From assembly GCF_039654945.1 (NCBI RefSeq), contig NW_027361882.1:1736001-1800000 (forward strand): a stretch of DNA of 64,000 nt. The letters are read 5' to 3'. Each line of letters opens with the position of its first letter. Position 1 is the first letter of the stretch. The DNA comes from Dendrobates tinctorius. Its lineage: Eukaryota. A program made the translations under genes and the position numbers. The notes under the pieces are model-generated. The model was not told the origin of the DNA and made no database searches. It saw nothing but the letters and a program-made list of their open reading frames with translations. This document shows positions 12,938 through 26,736 of this stretch, one piece after another.

Positions 12938-14350
12938 TAAGTTGTGATAAGAAGGGTGGTCTTATGATGGTATTCCATCTGCTCATGCCTTCTTGACCAA
13001 TTGGAACAACTGACCAATGGAAGAGTGTAACCCAGGGTAGGACCAGACTACTAATACAGTAGGTGTTTGTGGTCAATGTCTATAGAGACAAACACAAATC
13101 GTCAGCGTTTTAATCAACACTATTTATTTAGTAATGCACTTATTTTTGTATTTTTGGTAGGGCAAAAAAAATTTGCAAAAAGAAGTCTTACCCATTCAAT
13201 TACGGTAAATCCCCGCCATACAGGTTTTCCCATAGGAGATTATTAATGATCAGTTTTGAAATGTTAAAAAAAAAATTGAATTGCATTTTTTTTTTTAATT
13301 TTGGTCAGAAGATTCATTATTGTCAACATCCTCCTAATAATACACATGAGATGGTAGAAGAGTCACGAGGCTCCCGGTTTCTTAGCGTTGGAAAGTGACA
13401 AACCACCACAATGTGGAATCCGCAGATTTTGATACTCTATAGAGGAAGATTGTCATCCGAGGCATTTTTTGCAGTCAATTTTTTTTTGCTCATATTTACG
13501 TCGCCAGCTTAAATTTCGTTCAGTTTCATTTTTGCAATTGTGACTTGGGTTTCTTTGTGTAACTGGGAAAAGTAGAGTCATCGGTTTACACTGCCTTCTG
13601 GGAGTCAATTTGGGTCAAAACATGCAACTTTTTAGCAAGTTTCAAATCGCAAATTTGTCAAAATCACAAGCCTTTTGTTTTAGGCAACATGAAATTGCAC
13701 AAAAATTTTGTGAATTTCATGCCAGTTTCAACCAGCTCTGCCAAAGTGGGCGTTCATGAGATATTGTGGAGTACCTGAAGGCAGAAATGTTACTCCAGTC
13801 ACTGATTGGAATAACATTTCTGGAGAGCCAATTGTAAGTTGTACCTAATTTATCTAACCTACTTCATGTGTTTGAGCGACTTGCCTAGTTACTCCAACAC
13901 TTCTGTTTCAAACTATTGGGCCACAATCACAAATTCTTGGCAAGAAAGGTACAAAATACATTACATGAAAACAAGGGCACAAAATTTTAGAAATGTCGCA
14001 GGCGCTGTAAATAAAAAGTTGTACATTAGCTCAATTTGCACCAAAAAAGTGGCAGATGTGAGGATCTATGGGGGCATGTAGGACAAAAATCTAAAAGAAA
14101 AAAGTAAATGGGTAACCCATGTCAATGCTGATATGGACGGATAATCGTATTACTTAGTAATCAGTAAAGTCTTCTCGTTGCTGAGGCAACCATGAAATGT
14201 TAGTAAGATGCTGGTGTGGTTTTCTTCTGACAAATCTGTGGGAAGATCAAAGGAGCTGAGATATTGTATTGTGACTTACTAATGGTTGGAAAACTGCGAC
14301 TCCTAGCATGCCGGCAGACTCGGGTTCAAAACCAATGATTTCTGCGGTGC

Positions 14351-15300
14351 CTGGTATCCAGCTGAAAAGGAAATTTGGGAGGAGACAAGTGTCTGGTATC
14401 CAGCTAAAGAGGATATTTGGGAGGAGACTAGTGTCTGGTATCCAGCTGAAGAGGATATTTGGGAGGAGACTAGTGTCTGGTATCCAGCTAAAGAGGATAT
14501 TTGGGAGGAGACTAGTGTCTGGTATCCAGCTAAAGAGGATATTTGGGAGGAGACTAGTGTCTGGTATCCAGCTGAAGAGGATATTTGGGAGGAGACTAGT
14601 GTCTGGTATCCAGCTAAAGAGGATATTTGGGAGGAGACTAATGTCTGGTATCCAGCTGAAAAATTACATTTGGGAGGAGACTAATGTCTGGTATCCAGCT
14701 GAAAATTACATTTGGGAGGAGACTAGTGTCTGGTATCCAGCTGAAGAGGACATATGGGTGTAGTCTTCCTTTTCAGCTGGATACCAGACACTAGTCTCCT
14801 CCCAAATGTTCTTTTCAGTTGGATGCCAGACACAAGTCTCCACCCATATGTCCTTTTCAGCTGGATGCCAGACACGAATTTGGAAGGAAACTAGTGTCTG
14901 GTATCCAGCTGAAAATTACATTTGGTAGGTGACTAGTGTCTAGTGTCCAGCTGAAAAGGACACTTAGAAAGAGATGTGTGTCTGGTATCCAGCTGAAAAG
15001 AACACTTAGAAAGAGATGTGTGTCTGGTATCCAGCTGAAAAGGACACTTAGAAAGAGATGTGTGTCTGGTATCCAGCTGAAAAGGACACTTAGAAAGAGA
15101 TGTGTGTCTGGTATCCAGCTGAAAAGAACACTTAGAAAGAGATGTGTGTCTGGTATCCAGCTGAAAAGGACACTTAGAAAGAGATGTGTGTCTGGTATCC
15201 AGCTGAAAAGGACACTTAGAAAGAGATGTGTGTCTGGTATCCAGCTGAAAAGGACACTTAGAAAGAGATGTGTGTCTGGTATCCAGCTGAAAAGGACACT
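14351..15300. repeat. 42-bp minisatellite with two sub-variants and an inverted internal block
   Basis: CTGGTATCCAGCTGAAGAGGATATTTGGGAGGAGACTAGTGT repeats to ~14760, inverted units ~14766-14873, then CTGGTATCCAGCTGAAAAGGACACTTAGAAAGAGATGTGTGT repeats. Confidence 0.92.
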
Positions 15301-16214
15301 TGTGTCCACCGCTTTGCAGGTATATCAGTGACACCTTCTTAGATTTTCTTCATTGGTCAAAGTAAAGTAACTTGGGAGGCAGGAATTAATGGATTGACTG
15401 GATTCACCCCATATTGTTTGAGCAGTCTCATGATGTTCAGTTTCCGAGATGATCTCGTCCAGTCATCATGTGTCCCGTATATGTCACTTTCAGCTATCAG
15501 ATATCGCGGCTCCAGATTTCTGCCAAGCCCAGAGCAGATACAGTTTCCGCTTACGAGCGGCCCGAGTCTCACCTTTCCACTGAGTCAGCCATCCGTTAAT
15601 GGTTTTGGGATAATAGGTGGATACATCCTAAAGATTTGTCTTCGGATCGTGGCCAAACTGACTTAAGATCACATCTCCTATGTAATGAGAAGCTGTGTCC
15701 TCAGATCATCACTCACTCCTGAGACACTGATGTCCAATTTGAAGCCAGAGAAGAGCCCTTACTATTTAAAGCACTTAAGAAAATGTAGCAATTAACAGCC
15801 GGGAGTGTATACTTAGGATAATGTATTTAATAGACTGGATTACATTTCATTTTAGAAAATCTCACAGGAGACTTCATTCACAATGAATGCCCTCCACTTA
15901 CAAACATGAAGATAGAATTTGCCAATGTGGGGAACACAGTGCAATCTCCGTATAAGAAGAGAAGCTACACTGATGCCACTGGCCAGGAATGGTGTCTATT
16001 CTGTTCCCACTGATGGGTCAGGAATAAGGGCATCAAAGTGGCCATAATTTGGCATAAAGAAAGAGGAAAACAGAACCTGATGAGAAGGCTCAAAGGACAT
16101 CCCATGGAGGAGCCAAATGAGAAGACGTGTCAGACGAATCCAAGATTAAAGAGGAGAGTTATCAATAGGAGAAAGAACCGCAGAATACCCGAGGAGGACG
16201 GCTGAAATCTCATT

Positions 16215-16922
16215 TACATAGTAACATAGTTATTAAGGTTGAAGGGAGACTTTAAGTCCATCTAGTTCACCCCATATCCTATCCTAACTTGCCCTAACAT
16301 GTTGATCCAGAGGAAGGCAAAAAAACCCCATGTGGCAACAGTAAGCTTCACATTGGGGAAAAAAATTCCTTCCCGACTCCACATACGGCAATCAGACTAG
16401 CTCCCTGGATCAACGCAATATTAAGGAGACTAGTGTATATACCCTGTAATATTATACTTTTCAAGAAAGGCATCCAGTCCCTTCTTAAATTTTAGTAGGG
16501 AATCACTAATTACAACATCATATGGCAGAGAGTTCCATAGTCTCACTGCTCTTACAGTAAAGAATCCGCATCTGTGAGTATGCTTAAACCTTCTTTCCTC
16601 CAGACGTAGAGGATGCCCCCTTGTCCCCGTCACAGGTCTAAGAGTAAAAAGATCATTAGAAAGGTCTTTGTATTGTCCCCGCATATATTTATACATTGTA
16701 ATAAGATCACCCCTAAGCCTTCGATTCTCCAAACTAAATAACCCCAAGTGTAATAACCTGTCTTGGTATTGCAGACCCCCCAGTTCCCTAATAACCTTGG
16801 CCGCTCTTCTCTGCACCCGCTCCAGTTCAGCTTTGTCTTTCTTATACACTGGAGACCAGAACTGTACACAGTATTCTAAGTGTGGTCGCAGTAGTGACTT
16901 ATATAGAGGTAAAATTATGTTC
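16215..16922 (-). mobile_element. CR1 LINE, 5'-truncated 3' fragment
   Basis: Minus-strand ORF 16430-16849 with CR1 ORF2 C-terminal motifs (LERVQRRAAK, LGLFSLENRRLRGDLI, TRGHPLRL, FFTVRAVRLWNSLP). (CTATGTTA)n tail at ~16215-16229. Confidence 0.93.
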
Positions 16923-17084
16923 TATTTGATGAATTGATTTGGATATCTTTGTGCCTCAAAATGTTATATCAAAATTTGTATAGGTCAAAAGACTAAAAAA
17001 GGTTTCAGGAAGTGATAGAGTAGGTCATTTTTTTCCCATAGAGTGGAAGGAAAACTACAGAGATATTCTGAGCATGCTCTTTAG

Positions 17085-18575
17085 TTATAATGAGATAACT
17101 ATGTTGATCCTGCCCTCTAATGATAATGAGATGACTCTGCTGACCCTTCTCTCTAATGATAATGAGATGACTCTGCTGACCCTTCTCTCTAATGATAATG
17201 AGATGACTCTGCTGACCCTGCCCTCTAATGATAATGAGATGACTCTGCTGACCCTACCCTTTAATAATAATGAGATGACTCTGCTGACCCTTCTCTCTAA
17301 TGATAATGAGATAACTATGTTGATCCTGCCCTCTAATGATAATGAGATGACTCTGCTGACCCTACCCTTTAATAATAATGAGATGACTCTGCTGACCCTT
17401 CTCTCTAATGATAATGAGATGACTCTGCTGACCCTTCTCTCTAATGATAATGAGATGACTCTGCTGACCCTGCCCTCTAATGATAATGAGGTAACTCTGC
17501 TGACCCTGCTCTCTAATAATAATGAGATGACTCTGCTGACCCTGCCCTCTAATAATAATGATGACTCTGCTGCCCTACTCTCTAATGATGAGATGACTCT
17601 GCTGATCCTGCTCTCTCTAATGATAATGATATGACTCTGTTGACCCTGCCCTCTAATGATAATGAGATGACTCTGCTGACCCTGCTCTCTAATGATAATG
17701 CGATGACTCTGCTGACCCTGCCCTCTAATGATAATGCGATGACCCTGTTGACCCTGCCCTCTAATAGTAATGAGATGATTCTTCTGACTCTGCCTTCTAC
17801 TGATGATGAGATGACACTGTTGATCCTGCCCTCTAATGATGATATCACATTGCCGACCCTGCCCTCTAATGATGGTGAGATGACTCTTCTGACCCTGCCT
17901 TCTAATAATATAACTCCTCTGGTCCTGCCTTCTAATAATAATGAGATTACTCTGCTGACCCTGCCCTCTAATGATAATGCAATGACCCTGTTGACCCTGC
18001 CCTCTAATAGTAATGAGATGATTCTTCTGACTCTGCCTTCTAATGATGATGAGATGACACTGTTGATCCTGCCCTCTAATGATGATATCACATTGCCGAC
18101 CCTGCCCTCTAATGATAATGAGATAACTCTTCTGATCCTGCCTTATAATAATCAGCTGACTATACTGACCCTGCCCTCTAATAGTGAGATGACTCTGCTG
18201 ACGCTGCTCTTTAATGATAGTGAGATGACTCTGCTTACCCTGCCCTCTAATGATAATGAGATGACTCTTCTGATCCTGCCTTATAATAATCAGCTGACTA
18301 TACTGACCCTGCCCTCTAATAATGAGATGACTCTGCTGACGCTGCTCTTTAATGATAGTGAGATGACTCTGCTTACCCTGCCCTCTAATGATAATGAGAT
18401 GACTCTTCTGATCCTGCCTTATAATAATGTGACTATTCTGGTCCTGCCCTCTAATAATAATGAGATGACTCTGCTGACCCTGCCCTCTAATAATAATGAG
18501 ATGACTCTTCTGACCCTGCCCTCTATTAATAATGAGATGACTCTTCTGACCCTGCCTTCTAATGATGAGACGACT
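17085..18575. repeat. 36-bp minisatellite (~42 units)
   Basis: Unit CTCTAATGATAATGAGATGACTCTGCTGACCCTGCC. Confidence 0.95.
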
Positions 18576-20107
18576 CTACCCAACTGCACCAAAAATATTC
18601 TTAATTAGTTTATTGTAAGCAATGATGGCACGCTACATTGATGAACCTCCATGTAACTAATAACTGAGGATGAGAAAACATGGCGTCCCTTGAACCCAAC
18701 ATAACCCGCAATCTGATTCTCATGAGTTTCTCTCCACCTACAAAGAGAAAATTCTAAATAACTTGTTTCTAAAAAAGAGTGGTATGATATAGGTGTGCGC
18801 CGGTGTTTGACTTTCTAGTCGCTCTCGGAGGAAACATTAGGAGAACATTGAGCTTGCTGCATAGAACAAGCTGAGAGGGATGTAGATGGTCCCACCGCAG
18901 CCGTTTGTATCTCCAGAGCTGTTAGAAATCTGTCTCTCCTCTCCAGCCTCAGGGGCTCCATTCTTTCCAACATTTGACTTTTTTTTTTTTTTCCTAAAGA
19001 TAAACATAATGATAAAGTGAAATGACCCATAAAAGTGCATGCGTCCGATGCACCAAAAGGCCAAATATTGTGCATTCCGGGGGCTGTCATTGATCTGACG
19101 GCTGATGGATCTGAAGCCGTCCTGCACGCACTATTCTCTACAGATGATTCATCACGGGAAGACACTTGAGACACGGTGATGGATAAGGCCCATAACATCC
19201 CGTATGTCCTGTATTTAACATGTAAAAAAAAAAACGATCACTATTGATGAATTGAAGCCATTTGTCGGAATATTCTTGTGTGTCCACAAGCCGATATTAC
19301 GAGATTTCCTCCAGGTGTTTTTCTTCTACTTAGTCGAGAGCCAAGGTCAACCACGCTGATGAAGCCAGTCCGTGCCCCTCCGGTGGGCGCCCCACCACTT
19401 CATTTTCGCCCAATATGGGGAGTCAGTCATCTGCAAACAACAAGAACCCAACACAGGAACACAAACAAAAAAGAGATCTGAGCTCTGGTAATTGGAAGTC
19501 AACCAGGCATGATTAACATTTATGTGAGCGCCGCGGCCCGATACCTTCTAACTGCTTACAAAACACAATAGCTTTCAAGAGGAGGTAGTTATGAGGCTAA
19601 TTAAGGCGACGCGTTGTGAAAATGATATTACGCCAGGCTGTGTATTCCATGGAACGTATTCAAGGAAACAGGTCGGCCTGTCATGCTATCTTAAGAACAA
19701 GGACACGGACTTGTGCTCCCGAAAATGCGGGATAATGTGACATAGACTGATACAAATATAGGGGGCTCATGTGCTATAGACACAAAGAAATGGGGCCCCG
19801 GAGGCTAAATCACCTCCTCTCCAGTGGGTAAAGAGCTGTGCCCGGATTCTGTACAGGTTGTACCAATATAGGGGTGGAGAATTCAAATGTACCTCTTGTT
19901 TCAGAATAAGCTGTCTGTGCATAAGGAATAACACTATCATATGACTTGTATACTGTGTTTTTCACCAGTTTTCCCCTCTGCAGGCTTTGTTTTTAATTTT
20001 CAATTGTCTCTGAGCTGGTGCGTAGAAAGAGCACGCACAGACATAAGGGATTCCTGCTCCCCTGTCTTTATGTAGCACATGTTCAGAAGACGCAGCAGCA
20101 TGGAGGT

Positions 20108-20540
20108 AGTGCAGCTGTGATTCCAGTAGTGGAGTAAGGAGTACTGAATAATTTTGCTGTGAATCCAGCAGTGTAGTAATGAGTACGGAGCAGTGTAGCT
20201 TTGAATCCAGCACTGTAATAATGAGTACTGAAGTGTAGCTGTGAATCCAGCACTGTAGTGATGACTACTTAACAATCTAGCTGTGAATCCAGCAGTGTAA
20301 TAATGAGTACTTAAGTGTAGCTGTTAATCAATCAGTGTAGAGAGGAGTACTCAACAGTGTAGCTGTGAACCAACAGTGTAGTGATGAGTACTTAATTTGG
20401 ATGTGAATCCAGCAGTGTAATAATGAGTACTGAATTGTAGCTGTTAATCCATTGGTGTAGAGAGGAGTTCTCAAAAGTGTAGCTGTGAATCAACAGTGTA
20501 GTGATGAGTACTTAGCAGTGTAGCTGTGAATCCAGCACTG
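20108..20540. repeat. Degenerate ~40-42-bp minisatellite (~10 units)
   Basis: Recurring GTGTAGCTGTGAATCCAGCAGTGTAGTGATGAGTACT. Confidence 0.85.
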
Positions 20541-22334
20541 TTGTAAGAAAACACCTACTACAAAGCAGCAGCAGTTGTCTTTATCTCTTTCACTCTACTC
20601 ATCTCTCGCCCCTCTCCACTTTCATCCCTAATGTGACATGACTACATAGTGAGCTGGGAGGTTGTCTTGACTTGAGCAGTACAGATGTAAAGAAGCACTC
20701 CTCACCCACATCCTCACCCACATCCTCCTCCCATCAAAGTTTTTATCCTGGTAATATATTCCAGTCATCATATTATATAGCACTGTGTACTGACAATTGC
20801 TCATTTTTGCCTTTCTATCTAGATAATTCTTCTCTTTTCCCTGCATTTTCATCCCCCTCTTTAACTCCTGACCCAGCTGATTCTTCCTCCCTCTCCCTAC
20901 CATAGACTTTTGCAGTGACTGATGAGTCATACAGGGAAAATTGATCTCCTGTTTCTACACAGAGCTTAGAAGGATTCAGTTCGTCAATGTTTCTTATATT
21001 CACGTATATTATTGGTTTATGAAAGTTTAGTAAAAGGACAGTGAATTTTAGCCAAAGTCATTTGTAGGAGATGGAGAACGGGGGAGAATAAACACCAGGT
21101 CCTCCAGCTCCAGATGGTCACAGCACCATATTAATCTTTACTGTGTGGCACAATTACTTATACTTAGATTTCTCTTTTATGTTGTTTTATGTTGTCACAA
21201 AATCTTTAAAATGTAAAATAAGATATAATGCAAGAGATGGAAGATCCGAGCGTTATAAGGGTCTGGGGGGGGTTGGTTTTATGGCGAGACTTTAACATTG
21301 CAAATTAATATAAAGATTTATCCAATAATATATAGTTTGAGCCTCATGCTACAGTCACATCCGGAGCTGCTGTCATGGAAGCAGAAGTGACTGTTCTACA
21401 GATGTAGCCGGCAAAAATCATATCTTCATAGCCAGGCCGCTATACTACATCGTTAATAGTCCGTCAAGCTTTTCATAAAGCAGCAAAAATGTGAAACGAA
21501 TGTTCGCTTGACGCTTGTTACATCTGTCCTTGGAAGCTTGGAGAGAGGGATGAAGTCACAGTGAACCATAGAGATGTACATTGAGAGGTACCGTATTTTT
21601 CAGAATATAAGACGCCCCGAACCATAAGACACACCCCAAATTTAGGGGTGGAAAATAGCAGAAAAAAGATTTTCATAAGATGAGGGTCCGTCTTATTGTC
21701 CGAATTTAAGGTACCTTACCTGAGGGCCAGCGGTGGTAGAGCGGGGTCACTGGAGGCATGGTCCCTTCCTCAGGAAGCCGGCGGCGGAAGAAGTGGGGCA
21801 ATGCTGCAGTCCTGGGGTGCAATGCTGCTGTTGGCGGTGAGGCAGAGCATGGAGCCAGGGTCCCTTCCTCAGGATGCCGCGACCCAGTGTCCACAGCGAG
21901 CAGAGCTGAGCGCATCACCGGTTTTTCGGCGGCCATCTTGCTGAGACCGCGTGTGTGCTGATTGAGATCTCGGTGTACCTCGGCTTAAGGAAAATGGCTG
22001 CTGAGATCTCAATCTGTGCATGTGCGGCCTCCGGCGGCCATTTTCCTGAAGCTGAGGGCTGCAGACACCTCATTCTGCGCACGCGCCACCCACTGCTTCA
22101 GGAAGATGGCTGCAGGGAAACCAGTGATGCACTCTGCTCGCTGTGGACACCGGGCCTCGGCGCTGCCACATTTCTGCCACTGGCATCCTGAGGAAGCGAC
22201 CCTGCTCAGGTGCACTCCGCCGACACTGAGCCACAGCATCGCCACACCTCTGCCGCCTGTTCCGCTGATGCACCACTACCACAATCCCCTGTAAAGCCTG
22301 TGTTCGGACTATAAAATGCACCCCCCTATTTTCC

Positions 22335-23801
22335 AGTAAGGAGGTGGATCGGACCGTGGGTACCTGCATGCCTGGTCCGGAACTGAAGGGGCTGCATCCT
22401 CTGTTTCTGGGGGGACGTCTGAGGGAGGGGGACCTTCCCCTGCTGCAGGAGGGAAGGAGAGGAGAGACGGAGTTTCCTGCTGACAGAAGAGGGTGGGGAG
22501 AGCCCAAAGAGAGCACGCTGACACAGGGAGATAAGAAGGAAAAGAGCGCGCTGCAGCAGGAGTTGGCGCCAAGTAAGAGTAGCGCATACAGCAGAGGAGA
22601 GCGCGCTCTGCTTCCCCCTCCAGAGAGTGCTGGCCCTGTGACAGGCCATGCTGCTGCTGCCCGGAATAGGAGCTGTGGTGCTGGGGGAATTAGCTGTGCC
22701 AGCAGAGCGGAGTGTGCGGAGCTGTGCCAGCAGAGCGGAGTGTGCGGTGCTGTGCCAGCAGAGCGGAGTGTGCGGAGCTGTGCCAGCAGAGCGGAGTGTG
22801 CGGAGCTGTGCCAGCAGAGCGGAGTGTGCGGAGCTGTGCCAGCAGAGCGGAGTGTGCGGAGCTGTGCCAGCAGAGCGGAGTGTGCGGAGCTGTGCCAGCA
22901 GAGCTGAGTGTGCGGAGCTGTGCCAGCAGAGCGGAGTGTGCGGAGCTGTGCCAGCAGAGCGGAGTGTGCGGAACTGTGCCAGCAGAGCGGAGTGTGCGGA
23001 GCTGTGCCAGCAGAGTGGAGTGTGCGGAGCTGTGCCAGCAGAGCGGAGTGTGCGGAGCTGTGCCAGCAGAGCGGAGTGTGCGGAGCTAAGCCAGGTGCTG
23101 TACACTAGGAGACAGTACCGCACCCGCTCTGCCCAAGAGTGACCGTTTGCTCAAAAGAGACTTCCTGTATGCGGTGAGAGCCCTCTGTGTAAACATGGAC
23201 CCGCCAGCCTCAGTGACCGGAGGAGACTCCCTTGACAAGTCTGAGACAGTCGTTAGTGCGTGCAGGCCTGTGTGCGCACTAACAGATCTGAGCCCCTGAG
23301 AGTAGTAGCTGGACCGATCAAGGAGCGAGGCACTGTCCCTGCGGTGACACATTCTGAGTGTGGACTTGTGACTAAGAGCGTTGAGAGCAGGACCCCCGCT
23401 CACTGCCCAGCATCCTGTTGTTTTCCCCAGAGGCTGTCTCTTTATTGTCGACAGAGACTTGAGAGACTGTATGTGCCGCTGTTGTCGGTGCCACCGTTGG
23501 ATTCCCGCCTGTCAGAGACTGTGACGAGACGACCCGCACCGCTGTTGCCAGTGCCACCATTGGAATCCTGTACTCCCTCACAACAGAAGACTACAGTCCA
23601 ATAAGTTTAACCTCTTTATTACTGAACTCTCGTTCGTCCCTCACCCACCCTGCCAACTTTCCAGTTCTGCCCCATTCCTCTCCGACACCCTACAATCCCT
23701 CACTCCCTGCGTAGCGCACATCTCCCTGTAAATAAACCTGTTTAACCCCTGCTCTGCCTCCACGTGTGTGACTGCATCCCGCGCTCCTGCAGGTTAATTC
23801 A
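22335..23801 (+). mobile_element. Solo LTR (Gypsy-like) containing a 28-bp minisatellite
   Basis: Flanked by 4-bp duplication TTCC (22331-22334, 23802-23805). Ends AGTAAGG (probably from TGTAAGG)...TTCA. AATAAA at ~23731. It splits the subterminal sequence of the host element. Confidence 0.72.
22693..23086. repeat. 28-bp minisatellite (~14 near-identical units)
   Basis: Unit GCTGTGCCAGCAGAGCGGAGTGTGCGGA. Confidence 0.95.
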
Positions 23802-24997
23802 TTCCTCTCAAATTTTAGCAAAAAGTTCGTCTTATAGTCCAAAAAATACGGTATCTATAGTGGTACAGAAGGGGAGGTAGCACATGAACCGTGGTGCCTC
23901 CTCTGCTACAGAAGAAGACCCCCGACTTATTAATGTCACATGTTAGATGAGGACCCTGTTAGATATGTTGCAATAGGACCCAGGAGCTTCAAGCTTGGGC
24001 TCGAGACCAGTTACATGAGTGTATCATTTTCATTAACCAAAGGGAAAATGTAAGAAAATCATCATCGATCATCATGTCTGTAGATGCCAATCAGAGTCCA
24101 TGCACTTGGAGCCCCAAAAATTTCCAAAACTGGTAGTAATGATGTAAAGAGCATCCAAAACGTTGAAAATATCCTTAGAAACTTCCTACAAAATCTTGAG
24201 AGTGCAGTGGCATCCATATTCTATGGCACAAGGCAATGTCGATTTGCCCTAACGCTCAGATCTGGTTTCCGAAAAAGCCGTAAAAAAGTGAGATTCGAGA
24301 GTCTTAAGGACCCTCGGGCTCTTCTCATACCTCTCATGTGTTCTACAATCACGTGGTTGTTAATGGTTTGCAGGGACGGAAGATTCACCCGTCCATTCAT
24401 GTCCATTGATTGAGAGACTCATTAGGTGCTCAATGAGGGCAAGGAGAAAAAATCCTAACCTCGAATCATTAGGACTCGGGGTAACGTGTAGCGTTAGGAT
24501 GTGCAAAATGTAAACACGGCTCATTTGTGGCGAATGAATGAGAAAGGGGTTAATGATTCTCTATCATAAAGGCGATTTATCTTAAAAAGCCTTTTTGGCA
24601 TAAGGTGGAGGGAGGAGAGCTCTTCGGTTATGGATACGCTATTGATTGTGATAAGTACACTCCCGGGTTCCTGCAGATATGTCGATAAACTTTGACCCAT
24701 AAGAAACCTAATAAGGATCACGGTGGAAAGTGACAAAACCCCACAGGAGTGCGCTACACACACAGTGTCCTACAGGGACGAAACAAGGTCAGCCCCAGAG
24801 TCAGTCAGCAGGATGGGGAACGCCAATTATATTGTTTCCTAACAGGAAAAGCAGAAATGGTATATGGAACTGACAAAGTACAAGACGACGTTATGGCATC
24901 AGAATTGTGTGTCAATTAAGACAGTAATATGTACTGGATTTACACAGTCATATAAGATCTATAATAACTGCACTATATGGATAAAAGTACAAGTAAT

Positions 24998-26671
24998 GTA
25001 ATACTGCCCCCTATGTACACGAATATAACTACTATAATACTGCCCCCTATGTACAAGAATATAACTACTATAATACTGCCCCTATGTATAAGAATATAAC
25101 TTCTATAATACTGCCCCTATGTACAAGAATATAACTACTATAATACTGCCCCTATGTACAAGAATATAAATACTATAATACTGCCCAATATGTACAAGAA
25201 TATCACTACTATAATACTGCCCCTATGTACAAGAATATAACTACTATAATACTGTCCCTATGTACAAGAATATAACTACTATAATACTGCTCCTATGTAC
25301 AAGAATATAACTACTATAATACTGCCCCTATGTACAAGAATATAAATACTATAATACTGCTCCTATGTACAAGAATATAACTACTATAATACTGCTCTTT
25401 ATGTACAAGAATATAACTACTATAATACTGCCCCTATGTACAAGAATATAACTACTATAATACTGACCCTATGTACAAGAATATAACTACAATAATACGG
25501 CCCCTATGTACAAGAATATAAATACTATAATACTGCTCCTATGTACAAGAATATAACTACTATAATACTGCTCTTTATGTACAAGAATATAACTACTATA
25601 ATACTGCCCCTATGTACAAGAATATAACTACTATAATACTGACCCTATGTACAAGAATATAACTACTATAATACTGCCCCTATGTACAAGAATATAAATA
25701 CTATAATACTGCTCCTATGTACAAGAATATAACTACTATAATACTGCTCTTTATGTACAAGAATATAACTACTATAATACTGCCCCTATGTACAAGAATA
25801 TAACTACAATAATACTGCCCCTATGTACAAGAATATAACTACAATAATACTGCCCCTATGTACAAGAATATAACTACTATAATTCTGCCCCTATGTACAA
25901 GAATATAACTACTATAATACTGCCCCTATGTATAAGAATATAACTACTATAATACTGCCCCCTATGTACAAGAATATAACTACTATAATACTGCCCCTAT
26001 GTACAAGAATATAACTACTATAATACTGCCCCTATGTACAAGAATATAACTACTATAATACTGCCCCTATGTACAAGAATATAACTACTATAATACTGCC
26101 CCTATGTACAAGAATATAACTACTATAATACTGCTCCTATGTGCAAGAATATAAATACTATAATACTGCTCCTATGTACAAGAATATAACTACTATAATA
26201 CTGCCCCTATGTACAAGAATATAACTACTATAATACTGCCCCTATGTACAAGAATATAACTACTATAATACTGCCCCTATGTACAAGAATATAACTACTA
26301 TAATACTGCCCCTATGTACAAGAATATAACTACTATAATACTGCTCCTATGTACAAGAATATAACTACTATAATACTGCCCCTATGTACAAGAATATAAC
26401 TACTATAATACTGCCCCTATGTACAAGAATATAACTACTATAATACTGCCCCTATGTACAAGAATATAACTACTATAATACTGCTCCTATGTGCAAGAAT
26501 ATAAATACTATAATACTGCTCCTATCTACAAGAATATAACTACTATAATACTGCCCCTATCTACAAGAATATAACTACTATAATACTGTTCCTATGTACA
26601 ATAATATACTGTAACTACTATAATACTGCCCCTATGTGCAAGAATATAACTACTATAGTACTGCCTCTATA
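24998..26671. repeat. 35-bp satellite, array 3 (~48 units)
   Basis: Same unit and strand as arrays 1 and 2. Confidence 0.97.
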
Positions 26672-26736
26672 TGAGATGGTTAAGGTTGAATTAATCTTTG
26701 GATTTCCTATTGCTATTTTTCATTTTTAGGAGAACA

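Larger units (their letters stand above)
21591..23851. mobile_element. Non-autonomous Tc1/mariner-superfamily (pogo/Tc2-like) element interrupted by a solo LTR
   Basis: TA|CCGTATTTTTCAGAATATAAGACG ... CGTCTTATAGTCCAAAAAATACGG|TA. Subterminal ATAAGAC repeats and a GC-rich internal inverted repeat at ~21864-22197. Confidence 0.85.

Noticed and set aside
17074-18608. Long repetitive ORFs (LRR-like SNDNEMTLLTLP)
   Set aside because: Translation of a 36-bp minisatellite; no splice signals or unique domains.
19350-19400. CTGATGAAGCCA hammerhead start
   Set aside because: No closing stem II or GAAA follows.
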